Assembly: GCA_000934665.2 (NCBI GenBank)
Contig: KZ537974.1
Span: forward strand, 1 to 64,000
Origin: Catajapyx aquilonaris
Lineage: Eukaryota
Reading direction: 5' to 3'
Length of the DNA stretch: 64,000 nucleotides
The notes beneath the pieces were generated by a model. The model did no database searches, was not told the origin of the DNA, and was given only the letters and a program-made list of their open reading frames with translations. Positions 38,861 through 53,313 of this stretch are shown here, piece by piece. A program made the translations under genes and the position numbers. How positions within the stretch are numbered: position 1 is the first letter of the stretch; the number at the start of each line of letters is the position of its first letter.

Positions 38861-41800
38861 CAGAGTGCCATTTGTGCATGATTTCTTTCGAATGGGTTGA
38901 TTTTAAAAAGAGATGTAAGTTAATTTTAAATACAGTAGCTATAAGCTGATTTCATTATGTGGCACGAGGAAATAACAGGATCACTTTTATGGTAAACTCA
39001 CATTCTGCACTAAAAACTCTCGGATCATGTTGATTAGAAACATATAGGAAGTCCTCTGGCTCTGAAAGCTGAAATAGAACTTGGTTTCGATTCTCACCTG
39101 AAGGTCTCATCTCCGTCCGTTATTACACAGTGCCATATTCATTTTGAAGCATATTGACATTGGGTTCAGGAACCAGCCCCCACCTTTCCCAATATGTGTA
39201 ATTAATGTAAAATGAAAGCCACTCTCGGAGAGAAGGAGAGAGAAAACTGTGTGACGGTAATGACCTGGCTAATAGGTAAACAAGGCCATATCCACAGCTC
39301 TGCGCAGCCATTTCGAAGCAGGTGAATTAGTAAAGATGGGCGGTCGGGAACGGGCGACACGTCGGTTTACAGCGCCAGAGACAAATCAATTGATCCTTAA
39401 GCCCTCAGGTTTACGCGTCCCGTGAGAAGGGAGACAATGGCCGCGGATGTGTCTTGACCATATAAAGACAGATAGGATTGGAGGGGGGACTGAGAATTCC
39501 CTGGACTCCAGTAGTTGTTACGCAGCGCTTTCAACGCCGTCAGCAATTAAAACGTTAGTGTCCAGGTGTTAATGCCTCTGGGAGCTTCTTCTGGCCAGAT
39601 AAGTGGAGGTGGCGGTCGGCCATTTCGGTACCGCCCTGTGTCGGTGTATATATCGTACATTCCGCTGGAGAGAGATAAGGGCTGGGTTTCTCTTAACGAC
39701 AGCAACGGCGCCGTTGAATAATGCTACAGCCAGCACCGAATTATTAAGATTCTCGGCAGCAACTTTGCTACATCGTTAGCTGGATTCACTTTTGTTCGGA
39801 TCTGATCGTGCGAAAGGGGGGAAAGGGGACCAAGTTTGGGGAGCGGAATATTTTCGGAAGCAGCATTTCGATAGGAATTAAACATGCGCATGGTGCGTCT
39901 TTCGCTTGGCTGATGAAGTGAGCAATGCACCAGTCAGGCCCCAGTGTACAGCTTGTTGCACTGCCGTCTGTCTTTAAAGGCACCGTGAAGTTCTGCCTTC
40001 TCGATAGAAGCTCGGGCGAAATAATTCCAGACGTTGAGTCGTAATTGAAACGGAACATCATAAATTTCTAATTTCCCTGAGTAGGAATGAGGCAGGAAGA
40101 GGAAAAGACGATATTCGGGGAAGGGCCAGAAGGGGAGTAATAAATTTAAGCTGGTGCATTTGGCTGCGAAGGAAGAATGGGGGACCCATGCAACAGTTAG
40201 CATGAGACATTGCGCCAACTGTACTGTACAGTCACATCCAACTTTTTTTTTTAAAAAAAAGGTGGGTGGGTGGGGGGTATTATGTAATGTTCAACTTCAG
40301 ATGTAGTTCGCAAAGTTGGGATCAAAACGGCCGTCTTAATCCCATAGCCTCTACAACCCATTCATTTTGTTCAGGTGGAGTTTCCATGTGATGCATAAAT
40401 TAATTCCCGAAATATTATGTCCCGGAAATTATCCTACGCATGACATGGTAATTCCACTCTGTGCTGAGGGCTTTATCGTCCCATGATACCTCGTATGGAT
40501 TGGACTAGTGGCTGGAATATGCCGCATAGTTTGATTTGAACTACAATATTGAATTTTTTTTGTGTGCTGGTGCTGTAACGCGTCTGACACTTTGGCGTGA
40601 TGCAGCTTTAAACTCGCAGTCTAAGGGATTAGCGAACCTTTAGAGTGCTACGCTGTATACAGTTGGTACAGAGATGTGGATGAAACTTGCTAATTAATGT
40701 TTATGTGTTCTGCAGCTGCCTGAAAGCGTGATTAATTAATCTTTAACGTGCCCATGGGGAATCTTCTAGGTGTTGATGCCTTTCTGTATAATATGACAAT
40801 TTGATGGCTGCCTACTTATGGATACACGGAATTGAATTATTTTAAATAGAGAGTAATGAAGGTCTGCAATGCAAGCCTGTATGCTTATTTTTATGGAACA
40901 ATTTGGCTGGATTAGCGACTGAATGATGTGGCCTACATGGAGTTAGAATCCCAGCAGGACACCGTGTGCTTCCATTTAACACAATTATTTGTCAATATGC
41001 AGATTACACTACATATCCTCCACATTAACATCACAAACATGTGTGAAGTTTGGCGAATTAAATCCAGCTTACCCTGAGAGTTGTCCTGACTGGCGGGTAA
41101 ATAACTGTTGCAGATATTTTATGCACAATTCTGGTTAACACTGCTAACGGACCTGTCAACACACTCTACGCATTGAGGTTTTGTTACCATCACGTCGCAC
41201 CAATGAGAGGACCCTCCCCTTTTTAAAGCTAAGACTGACGTCATCATTGTTAAGGTCACATCAACCCGGTCCTTCGAGCAAGTCGTGGCTCCCCTGAGTT
41301 ACTGATACAAAATATTAGAAGGGGTGCCCCCCTCCGTTCGCGGATGTTTGCAGCACCAGTTCTGAAAAGAACCCCCAGGGATCATTTCCAAGAGTCAATA
41401 CCCTATAGGCTTTGATGTAGCAGCCACCCGAATAGAGCTTCCTTGAGAGCCGGTAAGTCTCCCGGCACTGAATAAAAGAGAATGTATAGAGCCAGATAGA
41501 GCCGGACTTCAAAGTGCGCGCGTGTATGTATAGATGTGGAGGAATGCTGGGAATGCGGATGGCGAGTACCAGGGCATGCGGGTAAATAACAGCTGGAATG
41601 GGCAAGAGAGCATCGTGGCCAGCTTCATTGGCAGGCTGGGAAGATCGCCTGTAATTACCGCCAGATGGAAAGTCGTCCGGAGGCTCCCTCCAAAACTTCC
41701 TAATGAGAGCTAAGCTTATGGCGAGCTTATAGCTGGCAATAAACCTCGAGTGGATACGTTCAGAAGTGCGAACTCTATTAGACTGCGTGTAAACCATAAA

Positions 41801-42729
41801 TGGGTTGTTTGCCCAATGTAGATGGCGTCATGATCCAGTGGGGGCCAACTTTTTTAACGGCCGGCTAGTGTCTAATGCATTTGGAAGGATGTGGAGGAGG
41901 AAGGAGATGCGGGGGGTACCTAGGTTGTGTTTTACGACTCAGGCCTCTTTTATAGGAGGGTTGTAATGTGGAGTCTGCCTGGTGGAATCTGATATTTGCC
42001 TCCCCCCGGTTCTTACCAGATCGCCCACTATGAAAAGTCGAGAGAAACTCGTGCATGCAGTTCAGTTGATGAATAAGCTAGAGAATAGCTTCCGGGTACT
42101 ACTGAATCATGGATGTCTACGCCCTAATAACTTTTGCTGGAGTGGTCTCAACTCGCTAGACCCCCTTAAAATACGCGAGAAAAAGGACAAAACAACCAGA
42201 AAAAAATATGAAGGTGAAGGGAATAGTAGGGGGGGGGGAAGTGCCATCTTCAGGCTGTCTTTCCGGGATCGGCGCCAAGGAGATTTGGGCCGGAAAAGGG
42301 CTCGAGAAGAGCCATCGGGACTGCATGGAAACGTGGCCGTACATCGCGCCATTTTTTAGAGGGTGGGAAACTACGGCACATTTGGCCAACAGCACCGTTT
42401 CGCATGGGCAAATAATAAAATTCGGCCGGAGCGTGACATAACTGGGAATTTGATGCGCACAAAGAATGCATGGGGAGGTTCTCCGAGGTTGGAAACCACT
42501 GCATGGCACCATTTGTGTCTGGCCGACCAGTGGCTTTGTTTTTGCGGCATTCTCTCTCCGGGGTCCAACAATGCGCAGGCGTCACCATCGATATCGCGCT
42601 TTTAGTACCGCCACTTGAGTGTCGACTATCCATGACAAATGGGTAATTAGTCGCGGAAGATTGCCTTCGGAGGATTATTCATTAAGAGGGAGAAGTGAGG
42701 TTAATGACTCTATCGGCTGGAAGCAATTT

Positions 42730-42756
42730 GGGGGGGGGGGGNGGGGGGGGGGGGGG
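42730..42756 (+). repeat. Poly-G run containing an ambiguous base (N at 42742)
   Basis: 27-nt G homopolymer with one N; possible sequencing or assembly uncertainty. Confidence 0.95.
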
Positions 42757-43372
42757 AGCGAGAGGTTAAGGGGTACTGTAAGAAAAGGTGGCCCGTAAAT
42801 TGACCCGCCTATCGGAAAGCGTTCAATCTGCTTTGTTTCATTACACACTCGGATGACGTACAGAAGGTGTAATTTCTGTAGGGGGTTAGCGCCCCCCGGA
42901 CTCTTGACCGGAGCCAATTTCCACGTCAGTGAAGTGTCAGGAGAGAAAGGGGGCCAATCGCCCAATTTCGATACGAGGTGCGGGGCTCACTTTTCTGCCG
43001 TTCACTTCTTGCAATTACAGGGCATTGCATTCCTGGCTGAATTGTTAGGGTCGGGTTTACCGGCATGGAGGGTGGCCTCTCTCTACCGGTCTACCTGATC
43101 CGCGGCAATGACCGGAATGCACGGATGACAGGCACCGTGCCAGCCTGCAGTCCAGCGCACCCCAAATCGGGGCGTGTATTAAATTTGTAATAATGTTTGA
43201 TTAGTTTCATGAGCTAATTGGGAGCCGGGGGGGAAATGGTTCCCTGGTTGGGGGCAGTTGGATGCTAATTTTATTTGGTCATCAGCTACAGTGTTGGCTG
43301 GTTGGCACTTCATGCCTGGTCTGCCTATGCGTGGGATAACCCGTGTTTTCTTACGGTAGGCTAATGATGTAC

Positions 43373-43632
43373 CCTCTCTTGCTCAACCGAAAGCATAACA
43401 GGCAGGGGCTCTCACTCCCTGCTGTACAGTACTGTATATGGGGCTCCTATTCTTTTGGCCAATTTATCCTGGTCTTGAAGCAACCCTTCGCACAGGCCCC
43501 ACGGTGTGTGTGTGTGTGTGAAGGGCTGCTTCAAGACTAGGATAAAGTGGTCAAAATAATATGAGCCCCATTTACAGTACTGTACAGGAGTGGGAGCCCC
43601 TGCCTGTTATGCTTTCGGTTGAACAAGAGAGG
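43373..43632. repeat. Long inverted repeat / fold-back (~120-bp arms, short loop containing a TG run)
   Basis: Left arm 43373-43494 aligns to the reverse complement of about 43515-43632 with 10 substitutions and one 4-nt indel (manual alignment). The ORF track shows near-identical peptides (PLLLNRKHNRQGL / PLLFNRKHNRQGL) on opposite strands. Confidence 0.95.
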
Positions 43633-46600
43633 CTTGTAGGTTAGCGTTGTCAGGATGAACTTTGTCCTTCCATACTCCAAAAGCTGGAGGCTGCCATGAC
43701 AACTTGCTTTCCTCACTAACCTGAGCTGCAAAAATGCACACATGTCAGAAAAGGATGCCTGTAAGCCATTCCTTAGCCCTAGTGACTATACCGAGGCAGG
43801 CAGCTCATCAGAGTTGTGGTAACCTACTGCAGAAATGCCACTCTTAATGAGATGCTGATGTTGCTGGAGATTGGGCAAGCCCGGCGGTTTTAGGCTGCCA
43901 AGGAGGAATTTTCGCAGTGACAAAGCGCTTTGATTAGGCTCCATGTACTGGGGGCGTAATTTTTGAGATGCCGCTGGCTTTTGTCACTTTTTTGTCACAT
44001 TATTTTATGGGCAAAATTGGTGTTTAGAGCTGGTAGGTGCAAGTTTATAAATACTTTGTTGCATATGCTGGCGTGATAGGTCCCAGCTCAATTATGCAAA
44101 CAGGCTTTTAAAAATTGATGACTGTTTTTCATCGCAGCCGCTCAATACCCCGACACATAGGGTGTGAGAATATTAATTTACACGCATGACAGCATATTTA
44201 AAAAAAAGGTGGCTGCTTTCATTCAAGATTATTTTTTTTCCTTGTGATTAGGTGATCTGTGGGGCTTCTGATGTGAGCAGGAAGGAGAAGAGTGAAAATT
44301 GGTGCGATAGGCCGAAAAATAGACAGCTGGCGCGGAGTGGAGGCGATTTGTTAGGTCTCTCAGGTGGAAGGGGCCAGTTGAGGAGTTGTTCGGCTGGGCA
44401 AAGCGCAGTAATCTGATGTGACAGGGCCAGTCATTCACTCGCAGAACAAAAAGGGGCCGGGAGGGCAGCAGCGAAAAGTTGGTGGGGAAAAGGAATTTAT
44501 GGCGCAGCACAAAATCCCCAGACTCTGTCCGCCAGACAAACCTTGAGGGAGGAGGGGTGTGTGCTTGGATAACCCACCCACACACACCCACACCCAAGTC
44601 GCCGGCCGGACCTTCCTTTTCACAAGACATCGCGTCCCGGGATTTTTGCCGGCCTGACTCGTTTCCTCCCAGAAATTGGGAGCTCCAGATTTCAATGGAG
44701 CCTGTAAATCCGAGCCCGTCTTTGGGGCTGAAGTGGTTGGCTCCCGCCTCCAACTGAAAATACGTGGGGCATTTTCAAAATGTGGCGTGCTTCCATCTCT
44801 GTAATTGTCCGATTGTTGTCGAGTTATGTGTTCGGTCTGTCGCAGGCGGTTTTTTGGCAGGGTGGGGTCGAATGAGTCCTAGTTGATGTCGCTTAGAGTC
44901 ATGTTGTGCCCACTTCATACTAGATCTAGATCTGGTTCTTTGAAAGGGTTTAGGCCAGTTTGCATGACCTATATTCATTCGAACGGATATTTTGGACATT
45001 TTATTTTCACCAATTTTGTAACCTAATGTATAGTTCGACGGGTACAAAAAATTATTCATATTTGTGGTAATATACAGGTTAACCGCAGGCTTATGAATTC
45101 CAATCCGGACAGTAACGATATAACACAGGCATCTCTGCGCCGAACCAGTGCAGTGTCTATATCTTCAGTTTTGCATATCCTCCTCCTTTTTTTCAGAGCA
45201 ACCGCCAGCTGGAAATAACATAAGCGAATTTCAGTAAAATCCCGGAAGGTTCACTACTGATATGAAAAGAAAACAAATTTCAACCAACATGCAGGCACTC
45301 CATATGCGTCTGTTCGATTATTATTTTTTGGACACAATACCTCATTTGTAATTGAATATTACACCGAACTATATGCATGAATAATCATTTCACGAGATGA
45401 ATGGTCCGTTATGCAACCCCTTAAAATTAATCTTGAAACTGATGTTTTCTCCGCAAATAGCTGCAGTTACATATAGCGAGATGTTATGTACCGACTTTCC
45501 TCGCATACGGCGGAATAAGGGGCCAGGTGGCACCTTATCGCCGCAGTTGGAAGGCCATTTGTATCCCTCTGCGAACATCCCATTATCTTCTTATCCCCCC
45601 CTCCATTTCGCATATATCAGGATTCCAAGCCGAGCCCGGATAAGCATAGTATCGGATTATTCCGGGCCGTGTCCATCTCTCTCCTCGTCCCAGCGAAGAA
45701 ATGGCAAAAGACATGTCTGGCGCCCTCGTACATTCAGCCCTAAGCAGGTCAGGCGAGAGAATGATTCCAGTCGTGATGATGATGATGTATGGCGCTAAAA
45801 GGTGTTGAAGGATCGGCCAACGGCAGCATCACGAGGGGTTATAGTGCGTTGATCTTAATGGCCGGATTTTGGAGATTTTTATCAGAGGTTGGCGGCATTT
45901 TGGAGGCGAAAATGGGCGGGCGGGGAGCCATTGTGCCAGACTCTGCTTGCTGCCGCTGTCGGAAATGTTTCATTTGGACAGGCAAGACCTCAACCAAGCC
46001 CCCCCCCCCCCTTTTTTTTTTGGGTGCTGCCTCTCTATGCAGTAGATTCAATGTGAGGTAGTCCGACCTCATTTTTGCTGGATCCTGCCATCCGTGTTTA
46101 CTGCCGGGAATTGCTTTAGTCGCACCGACTCACTTTTCCGACATTAACTGCCCTTTAAATGCCGCGGTTCGACGAATTCATTAACGCGGCTTATTATCGT
46201 CTCGGAGGACTGATTTATGGCCACATGAATCACGTTCGTCGTGTATGCCTGCCTTGCTTGGGTGACGGCATTACAGGGCTGGTTCCAGCAGAGGGAAATT
46301 GCACAAAACGGGGAGGGGAATAAAATTGTCATACCGCCTCTAAGTACTGAAAATATAAAATTAAGAAACTCGTAGCCTACTGCCAACTCCCGGGGCTGTG
46401 ATGCTGTCGCGCTTCTGAAGGGTAGACTGTACTTGGTGACGGGGGGAAAAGCCCAATTTCTTAAGTGAAGAGGAGAGATGAAGGGAGGTTCCTGTATATC
46501 TTATGCCGGGGGTAACAAAAGAGACAGGAACGGCAAGAAGAGAGTTGAAAAGAGCTCCCTTGACTGACAAACGGCCTTTGATGTTCTCCAGATTTCTTAA

Positions 46601-48113
46601 AGGTTGAAATACCTAAGTTAACTTGTGGCAAGTGAATTATACGGAAGAATTTATAATTTTATTTATCGCTTATTTGAGCTGCTGGTAGAGTTGTGTAGTA
46701 GAGCTGGCAGACAACGTAGAGTGGGTGGTCGGCGATCTTTTCCCCCCGATACTATTCTCAAGTGGTGTTTTACACTCGGTTGAACCCCGATCTGTTTATC
46801 TGAAAAGCCTTGGGCGACTCCATAAGGCATGTGACAAGCGCAAATTAAATTGGAGGAGTAGCGCGGCATAGAGAGACTCTATGCAAATGAGGAGGCGTAG
46901 GTTCCCTTGAAGGCTGCAGGTTGGTGGTCCCCGGAAGAGGTGGCAGCTGCCGAGTAAATGAAAGCCTCAAAGAGACAAGTTGTTGCTGGGAGAGGGGTCG
47001 GTTGAGGGCTGGGCGGAATCTTCGATGGTGGAGGTGGTGGCTGCGGTGCAGGCAGGCAGATGAGAAGGAACTTGTGCCTCCCCTCCATCCGATATTGCAT
47101 TTTCTGGTTTCCAAGCGTAAAATTGAGCAAATCGGGAGCAGGCCGTGGGTTTTCCCTCCGCTCCCATCCCCCAGCTCGCCTCTTGAGCTGGCGTCAACCG
47201 GCCAGCGTATCTCGTCTCTTGTGCCCCCTCCCAACCCTGCCTACAACCCCCCTGAAATCCCAATCTCCACTAGATAGAGCAGCTTCCATCCCTGCTGCAG
47301 TGGATCTATAGTCTGTGAGTGCCCCAGCAGGCTAAGGCCCCTGGACGTCCACGCACCATCGAATCGCACAACTTTCAAAACCCTCCAGGCCGCGACACGC
47401 ACAACTGAGCCGTGCTTGTGGCCGATGACTATACATGGCAAAGGAATGCCTTTAATGTCAGGGCTCCTGTAGGCCGGGCTTATACTGGTCGGTTTTCTCC
47501 GTTACACTATACGTTATGACGACATAATCCCTTGTTCTCGGTTAACTTTAGCTAATTAAGGGATTATGGCCTGGGGGCTTGCATAGCCAGGCCGGGCAGG
47601 GATGGGCAAAAAACAAATGGCCGTTGAGCCGACTGACTCAGCTTAACGTAATTGCCCTCTACGAAAAGGTCAGCAGATCAGGATCTGGAGGTTGTACTGG
47701 ATCCATCCTCATTATCGCCCCCTCGGAACTTGGCCTGATTGGCTTCAGCTACAAGGAAATTGTTTGGTTAAAAATTAATCAAAAAGCTCGTACTTGTAAC
47801 ATCTGTATACGGTAAGGACTGTGGTGTCGGAGTCGACTTTTCTCACCTCGAAAACAGCAGCATCTGCCGTGTTTAGTCCCCCCAAAAAGTAGCGCTGCTG
47901 CCGGTGCCAAGGGAGCAGAGCAGAGAAGAGAGAAACGTAATGCAGGGAAATAGGAGCAGCAGTAATTCATAAGCAGAGCCAGGAATTGCTGTGGCGAATA
48001 AGCCTCGCTAGCAGGGAGGCTTGGTGCTAAACTTATTTCGCGGGGAAATTTGCGGCGCGCTCGGGGTTAGCTGTAGGCAAGCAACGCTAATGGAAAGAAG
48101 GTCTCCCCATCTT

Positions 48114-48163
48114 CCTCCCTCCCTCCCTCCCTCCCTCCCTCCCTCCCTCCCACCCACCCACCC
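48114..48163 (+). repeat. (CCCT)n grading into (CCCA)n microsatellite
   Basis: Tetranucleotide run; the G-rich minus strand has G-quadruplex potential. Confidence 0.95.
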
Positions 48164-51100
48164 AAACCACCACCTTCCCATCCTCTTCCAGCTTCCCATC
48201 TACAAGTTTCAGGGAGTTGGGTGGTGCCAGGCCAAGTGGCAGTAGAAGGAGGCCCGCCGCGGCAAATATGCTTAACTTAGTCCAGTCTTTCCGGCTTTCT
48301 TAAGGTCCCAGCCTCAGGGCTTAGAGCACAAACTAGCTGTCCTGGGCTCGTCTTGAAAGGGCTCCGGGGATCAGAGAGGGTGTCTGAAGGGGGGTCCTAT
48401 GTATGAGAACAGTGGGGCGGTGATGTTTGCACACCAAGTGGCTGTGTCTCGGTGGAAGTGTGCGGGATTGTAATTATGGAGTGTTTATCAACCCTCGTTG
48501 ATGGCTATGGCTCGAGGGGTGAATGCACCTGCTGGGTTTTGTAGATAAGTTGAGCCAGAGTCAGGTGAAACAAGGGGTAAGAAACTGCTGGGTTATTCAT
48601 GCGCTTTCACATGCAGTCAATGTGCATTTTTGGCGCATATTTAAATTATTTGTAGACTGTTCTAAAACTAGGCTAATGTTGGGCAGTGTAAAGGCCCCGG
48701 AGTCATACTTACCTGCTGCTTTATAAAGCGGTGCACGTATTGAGATGTTCATTTTTGATGAAAGTGCGTGCTGTAAATTACATTACTGCACTATTAGTTG
48801 CATATTACGGTTCTCTGAAGCTGAAGCACCTTCTGAAATCCTATATAGTTCAGGTTATAAAATACTGTCATTCGACACTTTTAGGTTCGGATTTTCCGCA
48901 ACTACAACCTAAGCACTTTTGTGACACCTTTTTTCCCCAACCAGCATATGCTCCATTTTTTAAAAGTCGCGACATTTGGTCACCCTATTTTATAAGATTC
49001 GCGTTTACAAACTTTGGGAGTACATCCCTTTCGTCTAGGAGCGCCATTTATCTGGGAATCGAATTATGGGACGCTCCTGGAAGCCCGACGATGATATACG
49101 TTATATTCCGGCATCATCCGCAGGAAGGGGGGCTCACCAAACTTTTCGGTCGACCCCGGACTTCGTACTTTTTGGGCCGAGCCATCTGATTCAATCCGGA
49201 TCTTTCAGGAGAAACTGAACTTTGCGCTGCAGAACTTGGAGTGCACTTCGCGTCATCGGTCATTGCAGAGACAAAAAAAAAAAAATGCCGTATGACCAAT
49301 GAATTTTTTCGTGTAGACCAATATTTGTAAATTTTTTTATTCAAAATACATGTTGGTACGACTGTAGTTTCGAGCAGCTTTCTCATTTAGTTTTCCAGGC
49401 ACTTGGTGCGATCATACGTGAGGCAGAGAGCGCGAATTGGATAGCCAATCTCACCTCTGAATTTAATTACCTCCCGCACTTTTTTGAGCATGCAGACCAT
49501 ATGTGCCGAGACGTAGTAGGTTTTTTTCACCGGGGTAGCCTCATCTGTCAAGAGACATTAGCTCCAGCAATACCCAGCATCCGAAATGATGTGCTTATCC
49601 GGCTCCGCTCTGAAATGCATTGATGTCGAGAGTAACTTCATATGACGAGCGGGAAACAGCACATGACGTTACCCCCCAACAAAAGTGGACTTTGACAAAA
49701 AACAAAAAAAGAGAGAAGCACCATCCCTGAGAGGAGTTTGTGGTGCAGACTGCAAAGTCCGGAGGGCAATTATTTAATAATCCAGGACGAGCGTAGGACC
49801 GAGGTGAGAGCGTGTAATGCAATTTTGATTCTAGAGGCCGGGAGTTTGGGAATTTCGTGAAGGGATAGAGTCAACACTGCCAAAAAGTGTGAGGGGGGGC
49901 ATCTTGCGTGAGAGTGACGGCGGTGACGGCTGCTGGGACTTTATTAGCCCCCTTCCACACCTCCTACTCCTTGGCCCGTCGCGCATCATCTTCTTTTTGC
50001 GGGGACCCCACCCCCCCAAATTTGATTGAAACAGAGCGCAAAAGGGGAGCGCCCTAAGTGTCATTCATATTCCGCCGGTGGTCCTGTGGAAATCCGCCGC
50101 AGCCATTCTTGCTTGCGGGATGGGATCCGTGACCACGATCTGAGGCCGGTGGACCCCACCCACTTTGGCAGAAAAAGAGAGGTCGGCAGGCCGTTTTGGA
50201 TCGCTGAGATCCCTTGTGCACAGAAAAGGCAGCGGGGAGAGATCCCTTAGGGGGAGGAGGTAAGGGAACCCGGGCGAAAAAAAGGAGATTTGGCTTCTTG
50301 GAAACCGTTCAAGGAAAGAGGGCCGCTCGTTTTCTAAACTTGTATCCGTGCCAACTATCAGCCCGGCACTTGCTTTTGTCGATTTTCTAGGAGGGAGTTT
50401 AATAAGGGAGAGGCCCAAACGACTCGTTTCTTTTCCTACAATGGGATGGGCTACCTGCACATGTTCTGACAGGTACAGTCCCCCATCATAATGATTGCTT
50501 TCGCCAGCCAGTTTTGGCCAAAACCGAGCTGTCCGACTTGGTTGATTCTCAGCGAATCGAATTTCAAATAACGAGGTTCTCCGACGCCCGTCTACCCTAC
50601 CCCAGAATGGAACACCCTCCGTCCTCTCGGAGTTGTCCAAGTGTATCGAATTGGTAGAGTTTGTTCTCCTGGAGCTTTCTGCAGTTTTCTCAGGCACCTT
50701 GTGAGTGATGCGGATCGCATGACATCAGTTGAAAATTAGTCCGAGTCTGTTGCTTTTAAAGTAATTGGACCAGTTCCGGGAGGTGACGGGGGTGCAGTGA
50801 GAGGGTAGGGGGCAAAACCTCTGCCGCAATGCATGGAATGCTCCCAAATAATCGACTTCGCAATGAGCGCGAAGGAACCGGGGAATGAATGCAGATCCAC
50901 TCCTATAAGCTTCGATTAAACGCATTTGCAAATTAAAATTTTCGCGCCATTTGGTCGCCTGATTTGAAGCACCTCTCTGGCATTAAGTTGGATCATGCAT
51001 CCCCATTATTTATGGCGTAGTCTGCACTGCGTCGGATGAGGAATGTTGAATGCACTGAGCTAGATGCTATTACTGTGTCATCTGCAGAGGGTTTTGCAGA

Positions 51101-53313
51101 GAGAGAGCGAGTAATCCCGGTGCCAACTGACATTTTTGTTCAGCCAAGAGTTTAATAGTTAGGGGCGTTCAGCAGTTGGAATTGTTTTGTGCTCGGCAAT
51201 TGTTTGCTCTAGAATGGACGGATATTGTAACTAGTTTCGTGGTTGCTTGTTGAGGAATGAGCGAATAGGGTCGTCCCTAATCAGCCAGCTTATTATTATT
51301 CACGAGTCTGCTCGCATTAGAAAGTTGTGGGTTTTTATGGTCAGGATTGTGAATGCAATATGAAAGTTCATTTCCCGCGGCGTTCGACTGAACGTGCTTC
51401 TGACTTTGTATTTATGTTTCAATTGTGAGTTATTATCATTCAGGGCTACAGTATTTCACAGCAAACGAAGCTGCACCCCATAGGTCCTGATTAGGCCAGG
51501 TTTCTTCTGAGGGCCGTGTTCCGCCATTCGAAAAAATTGCCTGAAGAAGTGAAGATCTGATAATATCGGAGAATATCAAAGCAGAAGGACAAAGGATGAC
51601 AACGCAGGCGCTTGTCTCTGGAATCCTTTGAGGAGTAGGCCCCTATATAAATGGGCAAAGGGGGAGCAGGGCTCGGGACTTTCCAAACCATGCAAGCCCG
51701 TTGCTTTAGAAGCCGTACGTTTTCCGGGAACGTCTACTCGCATTGTGGAAATAGTGATTTTATGAGAACTATGCCTCGGGCATGAGAGAATAGAGCAGGA
51801 TAATGTTGCCCACTAGAGGCTAGACGGGCAGAAGATAAGTACCTGGGATTAAGGTTTCCTCTTCCACTGACAAAGGCAAGCCTGCCAAGCGCTGGAGGTG
51901 TTGCATCAGCCTGCCTTAAGCACCCGTGCAAGTTCTTTGAGCTGAGCCTGCTTTGAACATCTACACGGCTCCAAGGTGATCCATTGCAATATTAAGCCAT
52001 CCCGTAGTCAGAGACAATTTATTGCCATTCACTATTGCTGTTAACTATGAGATTGAGATGTTGAATTATGCAAGTTGCTACAGTGAAGCCTGTATTCCGA
52101 CAGGAGCGAACCGCCTGCAAAATATGAAGCCCATATGAAACTGTAGGGTGGTTTTCGGCACACTCTAGGTTGAAAATGGCTGGTAGTTGTGGTTAGAATC
52201 CAGTATATGCCGGGGAAATAAAATTGGGGTAGACCACTTGCAAACCAGATTAATCGAGAGCCTGACACAAAATGCGGGGGGCTTACGAGAAAGTCGCGAG
52301 GGGGAGCATGTGCTGCGTTGATTAACGATGTTGGGATTGCCCCCTTCCTCTCTATTAATTTTCCCAGGGTAATTGAATAAATGCTGACGGGCTATTAATT
52401 GAGTTTTTGTTAACATAGTCTGCGGAGTTATGCGCAATGATATGCAAATTCCGTCTTATATCGATAGAGCATGTTGGATGTAAGTAGGTTGACGTAAGAG
52501 CCTTAATTAAAGTGGAGCTGTGATCAGGAGCAAAAATTTTCTGCTACAAGTCATACACTATCTACGCAGTCATTACCCTTTTTATCCTAAACGTTCTCTA
52601 TGAAAAGCTAGCAGAAAGTTCCCGCCTACATAGGACCCGAATTAGGTCATTATTATGAACTCTCCTCGCCGAAGCCAGTTCATGGACGATTCAAAACTAC
52701 AGAACATTTTTGCCCTGTAATGAACCGGCTTTCGAGTGCACATATCTCCAACTTGGATAATGACTTTCAAAGTTCAATTTTGTAAAATCTGATTGGTCAC
52801 CAGCGAGATTGGTAGCCAGTGGAAAGCTATATAATGAATATCTTGTGACTCGATTATTATACATTACTTGCCTGCATGAAAGAGATCTTGGCAGTTATAG
52901 TCGTTGTGCTATTTTATGATGATCTAGCCTTGCTATTAGGGTAATTATGTGCCATTCCAAGTTCACATCTCTCGACTATTTTTTTGCTATTTTCTCTCTC
53001 AGCCATACCCCTTCCATCTCCGACTCTTACATAATGAGACTGCTAATTAAAGCCCAGAGACCCATCCGCCCTCTGGCTCGTTTCATTTGTAGATCACAGC
53101 AAGTTGAAGTGGAGAATCTGCTCGCGTGTGACACTAGCTGGTAATAGAGTTCCAAGGTGCCAATTTGATTAGCAATTAGCTGGAGGGATTGCATTTTTTA
53201 CCCACATTCTTCCAGAGAGATCGAACATATACAGTTCAAAGTTTTATTCGTTTTTCGTTGCTAGATTGTGCTTGCGGAAATTTCAAAAAGTCACGAAACT
53301 GGCAAGCATCGCT

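Noticed and set aside
40361..40380. Other AG|GT fusions (40374 CAG|GTGGAG; 59299 CAG|GTGGGC; ~4693 CAG|GTGAGC)
   Set aside because: Either the regenerated donor or the pyrimidine tract is weak compared with the 9218 site.
6646..44170. Scattered Su(H)/CSL-type YGTGRGAA sites
   Set aside because: About eight seen by eye, roughly the chance expectation for this window size; no paired-site arrangement noticed.
48707..48715. Perfect minus-strand donor CAG|GTAAGT (another at 60374-60382)
   Set aside because: No convincing upstream acceptor or open exon; isolated 9-mers can occur by chance in 128 kb of both strands.
50065..50697. 210-aa minus-strand ORF
   Set aside because: No recognisable motif, Ser/Arg/Pro-rich as for random GC-rich DNA, no supporting splice signals.
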